The translations under genes were made by a program, and so were the position numbers. 64,000 nucleotides of DNA from Candidatus Poribacteria bacterium (GTDB lineage: Bacteria > Poribacteria > WGA-4E > JAJDTR01). This document shows, piece after piece, positions 20,029 through 31,064 of the stretch. The DNA is taken from assembly GCA_965222225.1 (NCBI GenBank), contig CBDCTK010000002.1, positions 3,680,001-3,744,000 on the forward strand. The letters are read 5' to 3'. Position 1 is the first letter of the stretch. Every line of letters begins with the position of its first letter. Below the pieces are notes generated by a model. That model saw only the letters and a list, made by a program, of their open reading frames with translations. It did not search any database and was not told the origin of the DNA.

Positions 20029-22953
20029 ATGAACCAAAACCAACTCGACATCCCAATCCAACCCGTTGAGCGCCCCATCCTGTGCAGCCCCTACGAAGAA
20101 CCGAGCGCCCACTGGGTCTACGCCACCAAAACCGGTGAAGCCAGTCAGAATCCCGGACGGCGCGAAGCCGGTTACTGGTACAAAACTGAGCGCACGGGAA
20201 CCGAGCAACTTCAAATGCGTTTCGTTCAAGAAGAGGAGCGGGACGACCTGCCTCTGGTGAATGCGTTACGCGCCGATATCAAGAGGTGGCGTGAATCGAA
20301 TTACCGGAACGCCACCAATGTGACGCGCGAACTGCTAAACCATTGGACGCGCGAGGATAAAGAACGGCGACTGTTTTTCTGCCAGCTTGAAGCCGTTGAG
20401 ACGGTTATCTGGCTCGCCGAAATTCGCCGCGCAGGCAAACGTACTGGTTTCAATCCCCAATTCACCGATGAAAATCTCAACGAGTTGGTTGACGCACCTG
20501 AATTAACAGACCTCCCTGAGTTAATCCGTTACGGGTGCAAAATGGCGACCGGCAGCGGCAAGACGGTTGTGATGGCGATGTTGATTGCGTGGGCGTTCTG
20601 CAACCGCGGCAAAGTGCCCTCCGACGACCGCTTCCCGAAAGCCGCGCTGGTCGTCTGCCCCAACCTGACAATCAAAGAACGCCTTCAGGTGCTGCGCCCC
20701 GAATTGTCGGACAACTACTACGATGCGTTTGAACTTATCCCGACAAAACTCCGCCCGCTGCTCAACAGCGGGAAAGTGCTGGTAACCAACTGGCACCAAT
20801 TCGCTCTGGAATCCCCACAGGCAGAGGGCGGCTCCACCTACTCCGTCGTGAACAAAGGCGAGGAGACGCCCGACGCTTTTGCGAAACGCGTGTTGGGCGA
20901 ACTCCATGAACGCGCGCCAATCATGGTGCTGAACGATGAGGGGCACCACGCATACCGACCCGCGCCTATCGATGAAAAAGAAAAACTTTCCCGCACCGAG
21001 AAGTCCGAACGCCAAGATGCCACTGTTTGGATTTCCGGCTTGGACCGGATGAACGCCGCCTGCGGTGTCCGTTTCTGCGTCGATCTCTCCGCCACGCCGT
21101 TCTACATTCACGCCAGCGGGCACCCGGAGGGTACCCCCTTCCCTTGGCTCGTTAGCGATTTCGGATTGGTGGACGCCATCGAGAGCGGCATCACCAAGAT
21201 TCCGCGATTGCCCGTAAGCGACACCACCGGGCGTCCCGAGCCAAAATACTTCCGTCTCTGGCGCGCGGTTAACGACCAAATCCTGCCGGGCGATCGATTG
21301 CCGGGCAAGGGGAAGAAACCCAAACCGGAAGCCGTCTATCGTGAAGCCCAAGACGCGCTCAACACCCTCGCCAGCCAGTGGGTGGAACGCTTTGAATACA
21401 TCGAACAGGCATCCGACGCCAAAGACAAAACGCCGCCCGTCATGATTATCGTCTGCGACAATACCAACATTGCGGAACTGTTTTTCCGAAAAATCTCCGG
21501 CGAAGACGAGGTGGAGAATGTCGAAGAAAATGGGGGAAACCGGGGGCGCAGAAGGCGAAAGGACACCAGAACAGTCTACGGACAGGGAGCCGTGTTTTCC
21601 GATCTGCTATCCAACGACAAAGACCTGCTGCGAACGCTGCGAATTGACAGCAAGATGTTGGCTGACGCGGAAAGCGAGGACCCGGGGAAGAACAGAGCTC
21701 AGGCGGCGGAAGACCTGCGCCAGATTGTCGCCACCATCGGCAAGCCCGGCAAGCCTGGCGAGCAGGTGCGATGCGTCGTGTCCGTGGCGATGTTGAACGA
21801 GGGTTGGGACGCCAACAACGTCACACACATCCTCGGGCTGCGTGCCTTCACGAGCCAGCTCCCCTGCGAACAGGTGGTTGGCAGAGGTTTGCGGCGCATG
21901 AACTACACTCCCGACCCCGAGACGGGATTGCTGACCGAGGAGTACGTTGATGTGTACGGCATCCCGTTTTCCGTCATCCCGTTCAAGGGAAGAACGCCGG
22001 GCCGTTCTGAACCCGATCAGCCAAAGAATCATGTTCGCGCAATGCCGGAGCGGGAGCGTTTTGAGATACGCTTCCCCGTCGTCGAGGGATACGCCTTTGC
22101 CCTAAGAAAGAACGAAATCAAGGCGGATATTAAAGCCATGGAACTGCTCTTCGTTGAACCTGAGCGAACGCCAATCGCCGTATTCGTCAAACCAGCCGTC
22201 GGCTACGACACCGGCAATCCCTCCGCCTTGGGTCCCGGTCAATTCGAAGAGCAAAACCGCCAAGAATATTACAACACAACGCACATTCAAGCCATCAAGT
22301 TCGAGATTGCGCGGCGAATTGTACTGAATTTGGTCGGCGGGGGCAATCTCCAACCCGATAGCAGTAGTAATCCCAAGCTGCGGTTGCAATCTCGACACCG
22401 TCTATTCCCCCAAGTGTACAGGCTGGTTGACGCTTACGTCGGAACAAAAGTCGACTTCCACGGGTGTAACCCGTGTGAGATTGGCCACGAGAAGTACACT
22501 ACTCGTATCGTGGAGCGCCTGATGGCGGCTATCCAGCCAAACGAAGTGGAAGGAGAAACCCCGCTGCTGCCCATCCTGAATCGGTACAAACCCATCGTAA
22601 CATCGCGGGAAGTGGATTTCATGACCACCCGCCCGTGCCACGGCACCGAGCGCAGCCAGATTAACCAAGTCGTTCTGGATACCGAGACGTGGGAGAGTTC
22701 AGCCTGCTTCCGGCTGGAGCGGTCTGATGTTGTAGATTACTATGTCCGCAACGACCATCTTGGCCTTGGCATTCCGTATGAGTACACCGACATCTCCCAC
22801 AGCTACGAGCCAGACTTCATCGTCCGACTCAAGAACAATGTCAACCTAATCGTGGAGATAAAGGGCAACGAAACCGAACAAGACCGCGCCAAACATGAAG
22901 GCGCAAGACGATGGGTGTCCGCCGTCAACAACTGGAACGAACTCGGACAGTAG
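20029..22953 (+). CDS. res: Type III restriction endonuclease (Res), probably shortened by an amber stop (frame continues to 23022)
   Basis: MATGSGKT, DEGHH, SAT, EGWD, QVVGRGLR, PDFIV...VEIKG. Confidence 0.92.
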   Translation: MNQNQLDIPIQPVERPILCSPYEEPSAHWVYATKTGEASQNPGRREAGYWYKTERTGTEQLQMRFVQEEERDDLPLVNALRADIKRWRESNYRNATNVTRELLNHWTREDKERRLFFCQLEAVETVIWLAEIRRAGKRTGFNPQFTDENLNELVDAPELTDLPELIRYGCKMATGSGKTVVMAMLIAWAFCNRGKVPSDDRFPKAALVVCPNLTIKERLQVLRPELSDNYYDAFELIPTKLRPLLNSGKVLVTNWHQFALESPQAEGGSTYSVVNKGEETPDAFAKRVLGELHERAPIMVLNDEGHHAYRPAPIDEKEKLSRTEKSERQDATVWISGLDRMNAACGVRFCVDLSATPFYIHASGHPEGTPFPWLVSDFGLVDAIESGITKIPRLPVSDTTGRPEPKYFRLWRAVNDQILPGDRLPGKGKKPKPEAVYREAQDALNTLASQWVERFEYIEQASDAKDKTPPVMIIVCDNTNIAELFFRKISGEDEVENVEENGGNRGRRRRKDTRTVYGQGAVFSDLLSNDKDLLRTLRIDSKMLADAESEDPGKNRAQAAEDLRQIVATIGKPGKPGEQVRCVVSVAMLNEGWDANNVTHILGLRAFTSQLPCEQVVGRGLRRMNYTPDPETGLLTEEYVDVYGIPFSVIPFKGRTPGRSEPDQPKNHVRAMPERERFEIRFPVVEGYAFALRKNEIKADIKAMELLFVEPERTPIAVFVKPAVGYDTGNPSALGPGQFEEQNRQEYYNTTHIQAIKFEIARRIVLNLVGGGNLQPDSSSNPKLRLQSRHRLFPQVYRLVDAYVGTKVDFHGCNPCEIGHEKYTTRIVERLMAAIQPNEVEGETPLLPILNRYKPIVTSREVDFMTTRPCHGTERSQINQVVLDTETWESSACFRLERSDVVDYYVRNDHLGLGIPYEYTDISHSYEPDFIVRLKNNVNLIVEIKGNETEQDRAKHEGARRWVSAVNNWNELGQ

Positions 22954-23393
22954 GGTTTCCATGTATGCCGCGACCCGCAGCTACTGGAGCGCGAGTTAGC
23001 CTACATCGTTCCTCAAAACTAACCCCTCTTCGGTAGGAGCGATCAACCGAGCGGATAGTTGTTGTAGGGTGGGCACTGCCCACCAGCCTTTGGTTTCGTA
23101 GGGTGCGACAGGAATTCATCAAATCGCCAATTTCCCCTTCTTATCTTCAAGGTGTGTCCCAGCCATCAACAAAGACATGAAAAAGTCTCTATACCGAATG
23201 ACCAATAACGACTTCGCTACCGATTACTCAAACCGACTCCCATTTCCCGTCCGATTTTAGTTACAATTGGCGAAGGAAATGGTATAATTTAGAAAATCGC
23301 ATCAATTCCGATTCATCAAGCGCTTGGACATGTGCGCACCACCGCTAATTCGCCGAATCAGAAGCCTTAGTATTCAACATAGGAGACTAGCAA

Positions 23394-25016
23394 ATGGATC
23401 AAACGAATCACGACGCACCTGCCGAAACAAGTGGCGGTCACAAAATCCTCATTGGTATCATTATCGCCATTATTTTCGGAACGATCGTCGGTGGCTGGCT
23501 GCCGGGCGTCGCCGTAAAGACTTCAATTCTCGGCGAAATCTTCCTCAATTCGCTGAAGATGATTGTCGTCCCGCTCGTCATGCTCTCAATGATCGTTGGC
23601 ATCACCGGCTTGGGCGATATACGGAACCTAGGTCCCATTGGCGGACGTACCGTTCTCTACTATATGGCGACAACAGGGATTTCGGTGTTGATTGGCATTA
23701 TCTTGGTCAATGTCATTCAACCGGGAAAAGGCATTTCGCACGGCGAAGAACGCCCCGAGTTGGCGTATACCCTCAGCGGCGATGGGGACCGCACCGTCAA
23801 TCTGACAAACGGCACATGGAAAAGGACACGATACAGCGAAAAATACATGCTGATGTTGTCGGATCAGCAGGTTGAGGGCGAGATAGAATCCCTCTCCGAG
23901 GAGTCGGCGACGGTGAAATCCTGGAAAAACAAGGTGGAAGGCGTATTCCACATCGCAACCGATAGCGGCGAGCATCTGCCATTCCGCCGCGTGAACGGAG
24001 AGGTAGTTTCTGCCGAGCCTGAACTTTTACAGAATGGAACAGGGCTTGAGGTCAAGTTGCCCGTCGCCCAGAAACTTCGTGGTAAAGAGAAACGGGATAT
24101 GGGTGGCACGTTGAAGGAGGTGCTGCTCGGAGACAAATCGACCGGAAAAGAGGGTATGATTCCACGCAATGTCTTCAATGCGATGGTGCGAATGGATATC
24201 TTGCCCCTGATATTCTTCTCGCTACTGATTGGCGCCACGCTTTCAGTTCTCGGCGAGCGGGGGCGACCCGCCATATCAGTTATTTCCGGCTTGAATGATG
24301 CCGTAATGCAACTGGTGCACTGGATTATGGTTCTCGCCCCGGTCGGCATCTTTGGACTGATAGCCGGACGTATTGGTGACGCTGGGGGATTCAAAAGCTT
24401 TTTGCCGGAACTGATGGCAGTCGGGAAATACAGTTTCACCGTCGTGTTTGGACTTGGGGTGCATGGCATTATTGTATTGCCGCTTATCCTCCTGCTGATT
24501 GCCCGCAGAAATCCGGTGAAGTACCTAAAGGGCATGAGTACTGCGCTACTGAACGCTTTTTCGACAGCTTCCTCCTCCGCCACGCTTCCGCTATCAATGA
24601 GGGCGGTCCAAAAGGAAAATGGGGTTTCTAACCGCACGGCGAGTTTTGTCCTGCCGCTCGGCGCTACAATCAACATGGACGGCACCGCCCTCTACGAAGC
24701 CATTGCGGCGATGTTCATCGCGCAGGTCTACGGGATCGAGCTCGGCCCAGCCCAACAGACTGTTATCTTTCTGACAGCCACCCTAGCAGCGATTGGCGCG
24801 GCGGGAATTCCGGAAGCCGGGCTTGTCACTATGGTCATCGTCCTTAGAGCCGTTGACCTGCCGATTGAAGGTATCGGGCTTATTCTGACGATTGATTGGT
24901 TGCTTGACCGATTCCGAACAACTGTTAATGTCTGGGGCGACAGCGTCGGAGCCGGTGTTATCGAAACGCTCGAAAACCGCAGTACCTCGGAACATGCGGA
25001 TCAAGCGAATGGATAA
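23394..25016 (+). CDS. Dicarboxylate/amino acid:cation symporter (DAACS) with a large inserted soluble domain
   Basis: LKMIVVPL, FSTASSSATLP, GATINMDGTALYE, DRFRTTVNVWGD. Confidence 0.93.
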   Translation: MDQTNHDAPAETSGGHKILIGIIIAIIFGTIVGGWLPGVAVKTSILGEIFLNSLKMIVVPLVMLSMIVGITGLGDIRNLGPIGGRTVLYYMATTGISVLIGIILVNVIQPGKGISHGEERPELAYTLSGDGDRTVNLTNGTWKRTRYSEKYMLMLSDQQVEGEIESLSEESATVKSWKNKVEGVFHIATDSGEHLPFRRVNGEVVSAEPELLQNGTGLEVKLPVAQKLRGKEKRDMGGTLKEVLLGDKSTGKEGMIPRNVFNAMVRMDILPLIFFSLLIGATLSVLGERGRPAISVISGLNDAVMQLVHWIMVLAPVGIFGLIAGRIGDAGGFKSFLPELMAVGKYSFTVVFGLGVHGIIVLPLILLLIARRNPVKYLKGMSTALLNAFSTASSSATLPLSMRAVQKENGVSNRTASFVLPLGATINMDGTALYEAIAAMFIAQVYGIELGPAQQTVIFLTATLAAIGAAGIPEAGLVTMVIVLRAVDLPIEGIGLILTIDWLLDRFRTTVNVWGDSVGAGVIETLENRSTSEHADQANG

Positions 25017-25104
25017 TGACCGATCAACTGAGTGGTCAACGAAGGCGATAGTAAAGCTCGATAGAAGTCCCATAGTGGCCGCGATCGAGTTCCTATAGAG
25101 ATCC
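25000..25104 (+). repeat. 35-nt mini-element, triple nest (105 nt)
   Basis: Outer 25000-25022 + 25093-25104; middle 25023-25034 + 25071-25092; inner 25035-25070. Confidence 0.8.
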
Positions 25105-25270
25105 TTTTTTCTTGAAAACTCGGTTTCTTCCCAATGTCAAGCGCTCATTGACCACTAACCAGCGCGACCACCGCTTTTGGTCTATTCCCTAACTATTCAA
25201 TGCTTACGGGACTTGTGCCTTTATCGGCTGCGTCGTGCGGCGGTGCCACACTAGCCACTGGCCACTGCTT

Positions 25271-26305
25271 CTAGCGATTCGGTTGGATTAGCACCTTGGC
25301 CGATGATTTCGCTGCCTCAATCGCCAGCGTCGCGTCCTCAAGTGGAAAGACCTCCGAAACCAACGATTTCACAGGTAAACTCTCCCTCGTCAGGAGTCCG
25401 ATTGCCTTTGCGAATGGCCCGCAACGGGACGTTTGAATCCGCACCTCATCAACGACCAACTTGGTAGCGTCAATGCCCGTTGCGGGCAAGCCGCAGGTGG
25501 TCTTCAGCGCAATGGTGCCGCGCGGGCGCACGATTTCTGTGGCGAGACGGAGACCTTCCGGGTTGCCGGTCGTGTCAACCACGACATCGCCGCCAATGCC
25601 TTCAGTCCACTCGCGCACGGCTTCGATCCATTTTGGTTGATTGGCGTTGATAGCCTCAACCGCCCCCCAAGCCAGCGCACGCTTGAGTTTGTCCGGCGAA
25701 CGAGAAACGGCGCACACCCGCGCTTCTTTGAGGGCGGCAACCGTACAAATTAGCAATCCCAATCTGCCGACGCCAAGAACGACAACTTGGCTTGATGGGG
25801 AAATCGGCGTCAACTCGAATGTCTGAATGGCTGCGGCAAGCGGTTCAATGAAAACACCCTCCTCCCAAGAGACTCTATCGGGGAGTGGGTGGAGGTTCAG
25901 AATCGGCACCCGCAGGTATTCAGCGTATGCTCCATCATAGTTGATGATACCCACGACGGTGCGTTCCATACAGTGATTGGACAGTCCGCGTCGACACGCC
26001 GCGCAGAACACCTCACGATTATAAGCACGGCAGGTATTGTTGATTTCCGCGGCAACCCGTTTCCCAATCCAAGGATGGCTGTTTTCGGATCCAACTTCCA
26101 CAACTTCGCCAACTAGCTCGTGACCGAGCACCAGCGGCAGAGGTACCGCATAATCCCCGGAGAATAGCGCGATGTCGGTGCCGCACACGCCGACGCACTC
26201 CACGCGAACGATTGCCTCGCTCGGTTGCAAAGATGGAAATCGGCGCGTGACAACTTCAAATTTTCGGATGGCTGTGAGTGCGGCGGCGCGGTGATTTGGA
26301 ATCAT
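25271..26305 (-). CDS. Zinc-dependent alcohol dehydrogenase (MDR family)
   Basis: GVCGTD, LGHE, CAACRRGLSNHC, EPLAAA, GVGRLG. Confidence 0.92.
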   Translation of the reverse strand: MIPNHRAAALTAIRKFEVVTRRFPSLQPSEAIVRVECVGVCGTDIALFSGDYAVPLPLVLGHELVGEVVEVGSENSHPWIGKRVAAEINNTCRAYNREVFCAACRRGLSNHCMERTVVGIINYDGAYAEYLRVPILNLHPLPDRVSWEEGVFIEPLAAAIQTFELTPISPSSQVVVLGVGRLGLLICTVAALKEARVCAVSRSPDKLKRALAWGAVEAINANQPKWIEAVREWTEGIGGDVVVDTTGNPEGLRLATEIVRPRGTIALKTTCGLPATGIDATKLVVDEVRIQTSRCGPFAKAIGLLTRESLPVKSLVSEVFPLEDATLAIEAAKSSAKVLIQPNR

Positions 26306-26537
26306 ATTGGTTTGTGATTTTTTGCGGGAAGGAATGCTACCATTGTAACTTGGGAGTCGCGAGGTGTCAACCTCGATCAGTGCTGCGCCTCCGGTTTCAA
26401 TCCTTTGTCGCACGCATCTCAAAAACAATGAACCGGAACACGTCAATCGGGTGTCCAAGTCACCGAAAGAAATCGCTAATTCATGCTGCTGTTGAAACCA
26501 TTTTTGTATGGCAGGCGTTATTTGTGTACAGATAGCC

Positions 26538-26567
26538 TTGACGAATCATCAACGGCTAATGTATAAT
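26538..26567 (+). promoter_or_regulatory. Putative sigma70 promoter for the rho operon (TTGACG-N18-TATAAT)
   Basis: Near-consensus hexamers about 790 nt upstream of rho. Confidence 0.5.
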
Positions 26568-27358
26568 TGCGATATTGACATTCCCACCCGCAATTATCCA
26601 CAGCGAGGATTACTTCGTCAGACGGATCGCAAGCCCCAAGGTTGAACCGGGAACAAATCATGGTGATTCAAAGCAGATTGTGAAGATTTGTCCCTCCGCT
26701 GCCTAAGCCCATCCAAGGTTGATGCTTTCAATCGGATTAGACGGAGTCTTTGAGATAACGCTGTGTGAATAGTGTATAATTGTCACAGCACTCAAACATT
26801 ATTCCTAGAAGAGCCGAGAACCCCCGCCTTGAAGTGAAGGAATTGTTATCCCCTTCTATTTCTGATGTGAGATCTCGTCTATTGCGTTAAATCGTCTGGT
26901 AATGTGTGAAACCAGAGTCCAACCAACCACGAACCCCAAGGTACTTCAGGGAACGCGGCTTTCCTTAAGTCAAACTCGATCAAGTGAAGTCATCCACCGA
27001 GGGCATATAAATAATTGATTCATCATATCCATTAGAGCTGCGCCGAAAGGTATCTTTACCTAGTCAGGAGATTCTAAATAGTTTCGCTGGGTGACGGTAA
27101 CCTTGTCCGCGGCGTTAAAGCTACCTACACAATGAGGTTAAACTTTCCAAGGAAACCCCTCCATTTCTCAACCGAAGGCACCCCAAAGTGAATAGCTGTT
27201 TCTACCTCCAATTCGGTGAGCTTCCCCTGAGTCTGTGTCTTGTCGGTATAAAACCATCCATAGATTGAATACAGAACGGATTGCATCTTCATGAATGAAT
27301 CCTGTATTCGCTGAGTAATCTATGAAAGTCTAGTGTTAAACGAGGAGTAACGAAGATT

Positions 27359-28678
27359 ATGGAGAATTTGGACATCGGTAAACTCCAAGAAATGAGAATC
27401 TCCGAACTGAATACTATGGCCCGGAAACTCGGGATCACAGGCTACAGCGGACTTCGCAAACAGGAGTTGATTACCCGAATTCTTGAAGCCAAAGCAGAGA
27501 ACACCGACGCGTTATCCGGATCAGGTGTGCTCGAGATTTTACATGACCGGGATCAGGGATACGGTTTCCTTAGATCGTCCCGCTACAATTACTTGCAAAG
27601 TAATGATGACATCTATGTATCTCCTTCACAGATTCGTCGGTTCGATCTTCGCACCGGCCATGAGGTCGCGGGGAAGATTCGCCCGCCCAAGAAGAGCGAG
27701 AACAAAGAGGAACGTTACTTTGCTCTGCTGCAGATTGAAACCGTCAACCAAGAAAATCCCGATATAGCCAAGGAGAGGATTCTCTTTGACAATCTTACTC
27801 CGGTCTATCCCTTTGAGCGATTGCAACTAGAACACGATCCCTCCGAGTTTTCTACCCGCATTGTCGATCTGATGTCACCCATAGGCAAAGGACAACGTGG
27901 GTTGATTGTCGCGCCACCCTACAGCGGCAAGACAACAATCTTAAAAAATATCGCACGAGGAATCGAGGCGAACCATCCGGAAATCAAGCTAATTTTTCTC
28001 TTGATTGATGAACGTCCGGAAGAGGTGACCGATGTCGCCAGATCTGTCAACGGAGAGGTAATCAGTTCGACGTTTGACGAGCATCCGGAACGACATATCC
28101 AAGTCGCCGATATGGTAATCGAGAAGGCGCGGCGCTGGGTGGAATACGGCAAAGACGTAGTCATACTCTTAGATAGTATGACGCGGCTGGCGCGCGCGCA
28201 CAATGTTATGGCACCGCACAGTGGCAAGACATTGTCGGGCGGTTTGGATGCGCTCGCTTTCGTCAAACCACGGCGCTTCTGTGGCGCCGCCCGGAAAATC
28301 GAAGAAGGCGGCAGCTTGACAATTATGGCAACAGTATTGATTGATACGGAAAGTCGCGCCGATGAACATATTTACGAGGAGTTCAAAGGCACCGCGAACA
28401 TGGAAATCCATCTTGAACGCTCACTTCTGGATCGACGCATCTTCCCCTCCATCAATATCGAGAAATCGAAAACGAGGCGCGAAGAACTGCTGCTCAAACC
28501 GGAAGCACTCAGCAAAGTATGGGTGTTGCGAAAATTCATGGGCCAGATGAACACCGCGGAATCAATGGAGCTTTTGGTTGAACAACTGGGCAAAACCGAA
28601 TCAAACGAAGAATTCATTGAAATGATGGTAAACAACAATAGGAGCAAAAATGGATCGTCGCGCGGTGCGCGATTCTAA
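27359..28678 (+). CDS. rho: Transcription termination factor Rho
   Basis: GYGFLRS, DIYVSPSQIRRF, PIGKGQRGLIVAPP, LLIDERPEEVTD, EEFKGT. Confidence 0.99.
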   Translation: MENLDIGKLQEMRISELNTMARKLGITGYSGLRKQELITRILEAKAENTDALSGSGVLEILHDRDQGYGFLRSSRYNYLQSNDDIYVSPSQIRRFDLRTGHEVAGKIRPPKKSENKEERYFALLQIETVNQENPDIAKERILFDNLTPVYPFERLQLEHDPSEFSTRIVDLMSPIGKGQRGLIVAPPYSGKTTILKNIARGIEANHPEIKLIFLLIDERPEEVTDVARSVNGEVISSTFDEHPERHIQVADMVIEKARRWVEYGKDVVILLDSMTRLARAHNVMAPHSGKTLSGGLDALAFVKPRRFCGAARKIEEGGSLTIMATVLIDTESRADEHIYEEFKGTANMEIHLERSLLDRRIFPSINIEKSKTRREELLLKPEALSKVWVLRKFMGQMNTAESMELLVEQLGKTESNEEFIEMMVNNNRSKNGSSRGARF

Positions 28679-28736
28679 TGCTATTCCAGAATTGCTGATT
28701 TTTACACTTTAATGTTTCAGACGTGGAGGACATATC

Positions 28737-28949
28737 ATGAAACCGAATATCCATCCGGAGAACATGGATTGTGTGATTACCTGTGCATGTGGTGCAACCT
28801 TCAAAACGACTACCACAAAGTCTCGAATTGGAATTGACGTTTGCGCCAAGTGCCACCCGTTTTTCACCGGGGAGCAGAGTCGCGTTGTTGATACTGCGGG
28901 ACGCGTGGAAAGTTTCCGCCGGCGCTACGGTCTCACGGCGAAAGAGTGA
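28737..28949 (+). CDS. rpmE: 50S ribosomal protein L31 (Zn-binding type)
   Basis: [30 protein letters not shown]. Confidence 0.98.
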   Translation: MKPNIHPENMDCVITCACGATFKTTTTKSRIGIDVCAKCHPFFTGEQSRVVDTAGRVESFRRRYGLTAKE

Positions 28950-29098
28950 GGTGGCCCGCGCAGCCAAAAGTGGAATTCGCCATGTCGCATCGGAGGCCAA
29001 GATGCCATGGCGCCCGGAAAGCGCACAGGTGTTTCGAACCAATCAACTGATGGAAGGGCGATGAATCGCGAGGCGAAAAGCCGAGGTACGGGTTAAAG

Positions 29099-30169
29099 AT
29101 GTTTGACAAATTGATAGATATTGAAGCCAAATACGTTGAGGTCGAGAAATCGTTGTCCGATCTAACGCAGATATCCAATCCGCAAAGGTTGCAGAGCCTC
29201 GCGAAGATGCATGCGGAACTCGCCCCAATCGTTTCGACATTCAAAGAATACCAAAAAGTGATAGCGGAAGCGGATGAGGTTCTATCTCTGCTTGAAGAAG
29301 AGATAGAAGAAGACCTTGTTGAATTGGCTAAGGGAGAGTTCGAATCACTGACGGAGCAGAAGGAGCAACTGGAAAAACAACTTCAGTTGATTTTGCTTCC
29401 TAAAGACTCGAACGACGAAAAGAACGTCATCACCGAGATTCGTGCCGGCACTGGGGGTGAAGAGGCGAGCCTATTTGCGGCTGAACTCTTCCGAATGTAT
29501 TCGAGATATGCCGAGCGTCAGGGTTGGAAAATTGAAATTCTCAGTGCAAACGAAACGGGGCTCAAGGGTTTCAAGGAAGTCATCTTTTCTTTACAAGGCG
29601 ATCGCGCCTATAGCAAACTGAAATTTGAAGGCGGGATTCACCGCGTGCAGAGGGTTCCCGCAACGGAAGGCAGCGGCAGGATTCACACGTCAGCCGTTAG
29701 CGTTGCCGTACTGCCCGAGGCGGAAGAGGTCGATCTCGTCATTGAACCGTCGGATATTCGCATCGACCTGTATCGCTCTTCGGGTCCCGGCGGTCAGAGC
29801 GTCAATACGACCGACTCGGCGGTGCGGATTACCCATCTGTCGACAGATCTTGTCGTCACCTGCCAAGATGAAAAATCGCAGCATAAGAACCGAGCGAAGG
29901 CGATGAAAATACTTCGCTCTCGTCTGTTGGAGCAGATGCAACTTGAGCAAGACGCCGAACGATCCCAAACCCGCCGAACAATGGTCGGCAGCGGTGACCG
30001 AAGCGAGAAGATTCGCACCTACAATTTCCCGCAAACCCGTGTCACGGATCATCGAATCGGATTAACCATTCATCAACTTGACGCCGTTCTAGATGGAGCA
30101 CTTGACCCCCTCATCGGCGCTCTGACGACCGCCGACCAGACGGAAAAGCTAAAGACACTGCAGCCGTGA
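29099..30169 (+). CDS. prfA: Peptide chain release factor 1
   Basis: [30 protein letters not shown]. Confidence 0.98.
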   Translation: MFDKLIDIEAKYVEVEKSLSDLTQISNPQRLQSLAKMHAELAPIVSTFKEYQKVIAEADEVLSLLEEEIEEDLVELAKGEFESLTEQKEQLEKQLQLILLPKDSNDEKNVITEIRAGTGGEEASLFAAELFRMYSRYAERQGWKIEILSANETGLKGFKEVIFSLQGDRAYSKLKFEGGIHRVQRVPATEGSGRIHTSAVSVAVLPEAEEVDLVIEPSDIRIDLYRSSGPGGQSVNTTDSAVRITHLSTDLVVTCQDEKSQHKNRAKAMKILRSRLLEQMQLEQDAERSQTRRTMVGSGDRSEKIRTYNFPQTRVTDHRIGLTIHQLDAVLDGALDPLIGALTTADQTEKLKTLQP

Positions 30170-31026
30170 AAACCTGGCGCGTCATAGATCTCATCCAGTG
30201 GACAACCGAATACTTTAAGCGTTACGACATCTCCACCTCTCGCCTGGATGCCGAGTTGCTGCTCAGTCATATTTTGGAAACAAGCCGATTGCAACTCTAT
30301 TTGCGGTTCGAGATGCCGGTTTTGCCTGAACACCTCGCGGCATTCCGAAAACTCATCAAGAAACGAGCCGCTCATTCCCCCGTTAGCTACCTTACAAGCC
30401 GAAAAGAGTTCCTCTCTCTTGATTTTTACGTGGACTCCCGGGTATTAATCCCTCGCCCGGAGACGGAGGTATTGGTCGAAAATGTTCTACAAGCCCAAGA
30501 AGCACCGTGTCAGCTAATTGACATCGGTACGGGCAGTGGCGCAATCGCCATTAGCCTCGCGGTCAACCGTCCCGAGTGGGAAGTATTAGCCACGGATATA
30601 TCGGTTGATGCCCTTGAAGTCGCGCAAAGAAACGCGGTCGCGCATAAATGCGCTGATCGACTCACCTTCCTGCAAGGCAATCTGTTTGAACCTTTAGAGG
30701 GGTTGCCGAATCCCCGATTCGATTGGATAGTTTCTAACCCGCCCTATGTAAGCACGGTCGAATACTCTTCCCTGCCGCCAGATGTGCGCGACCACGAACC
30801 GGAGACTGCACTTCTTGCGGGCACCGATGGGCTTGATGTCACTACCGCCGTTCTAGAAGGCGCTCCCCAATTCCTCAAGCCGGGTGGACGGGTCGGACTC
30901 GAAATCGGTCACAATCATAGCCAAGATGTCCAAGGCATAGTCCAATCCAACTCGGCGTATAGCGGATGTCAAGTCATCAAAGACTATTCCGGCGTTGAGC
31001 GCGTCATTATTGCCACCGTGGAGTGA
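30166..31026 (+). CDS. prmC: Release factor glutamine methyltransferase
   Basis: [20 protein letters not shown]; coupled to prfA. Confidence 0.96.
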   Translation: MKTWRVIDLIQWTTEYFKRYDISTSRLDAELLLSHILETSRLQLYLRFEMPVLPEHLAAFRKLIKKRAAHSPVSYLTSRKEFLSLDFYVDSRVLIPRPETEVLVENVLQAQEAPCQLIDIGTGSGAIAISLAVNRPEWEVLATDISVDALEVAQRNAVAHKCADRLTFLQGNLFEPLEGLPNPRFDWIVSNPPYVSTVEYSSLPPDVRDHEPETALLAGTDGLDVTTAVLEGAPQFLKPGGRVGLEIGHNHSQDVQGIVQSNSAYSGCQVIKDYSGVERVIIATVE

Positions 31027-31064
31027 ACTCGTCTCAAACCCGCCAAAGCATCCAGGTACAGACC

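Noticed and set aside
22951-22953. Pyrrolysine or genome-wide amber recoding
   Set aside because: No pyl genes in the window, and TAG serves as the normal stop of guaB and other genes.
25000-25104. 35-nt repeats as a CRISPR array
   Set aside because: Copies are dispersed or nested, not regularly spaced with unique spacers, and no cas genes were seen.
26570-27358. tmRNA, RNase P RNA, SRP RNA or tRNA in the rho leader
   Set aside because: Their hallmark motifs (tRNA-like ends, GAGGAAAGTCC, SRP helix-8 loop) were not found by eye.
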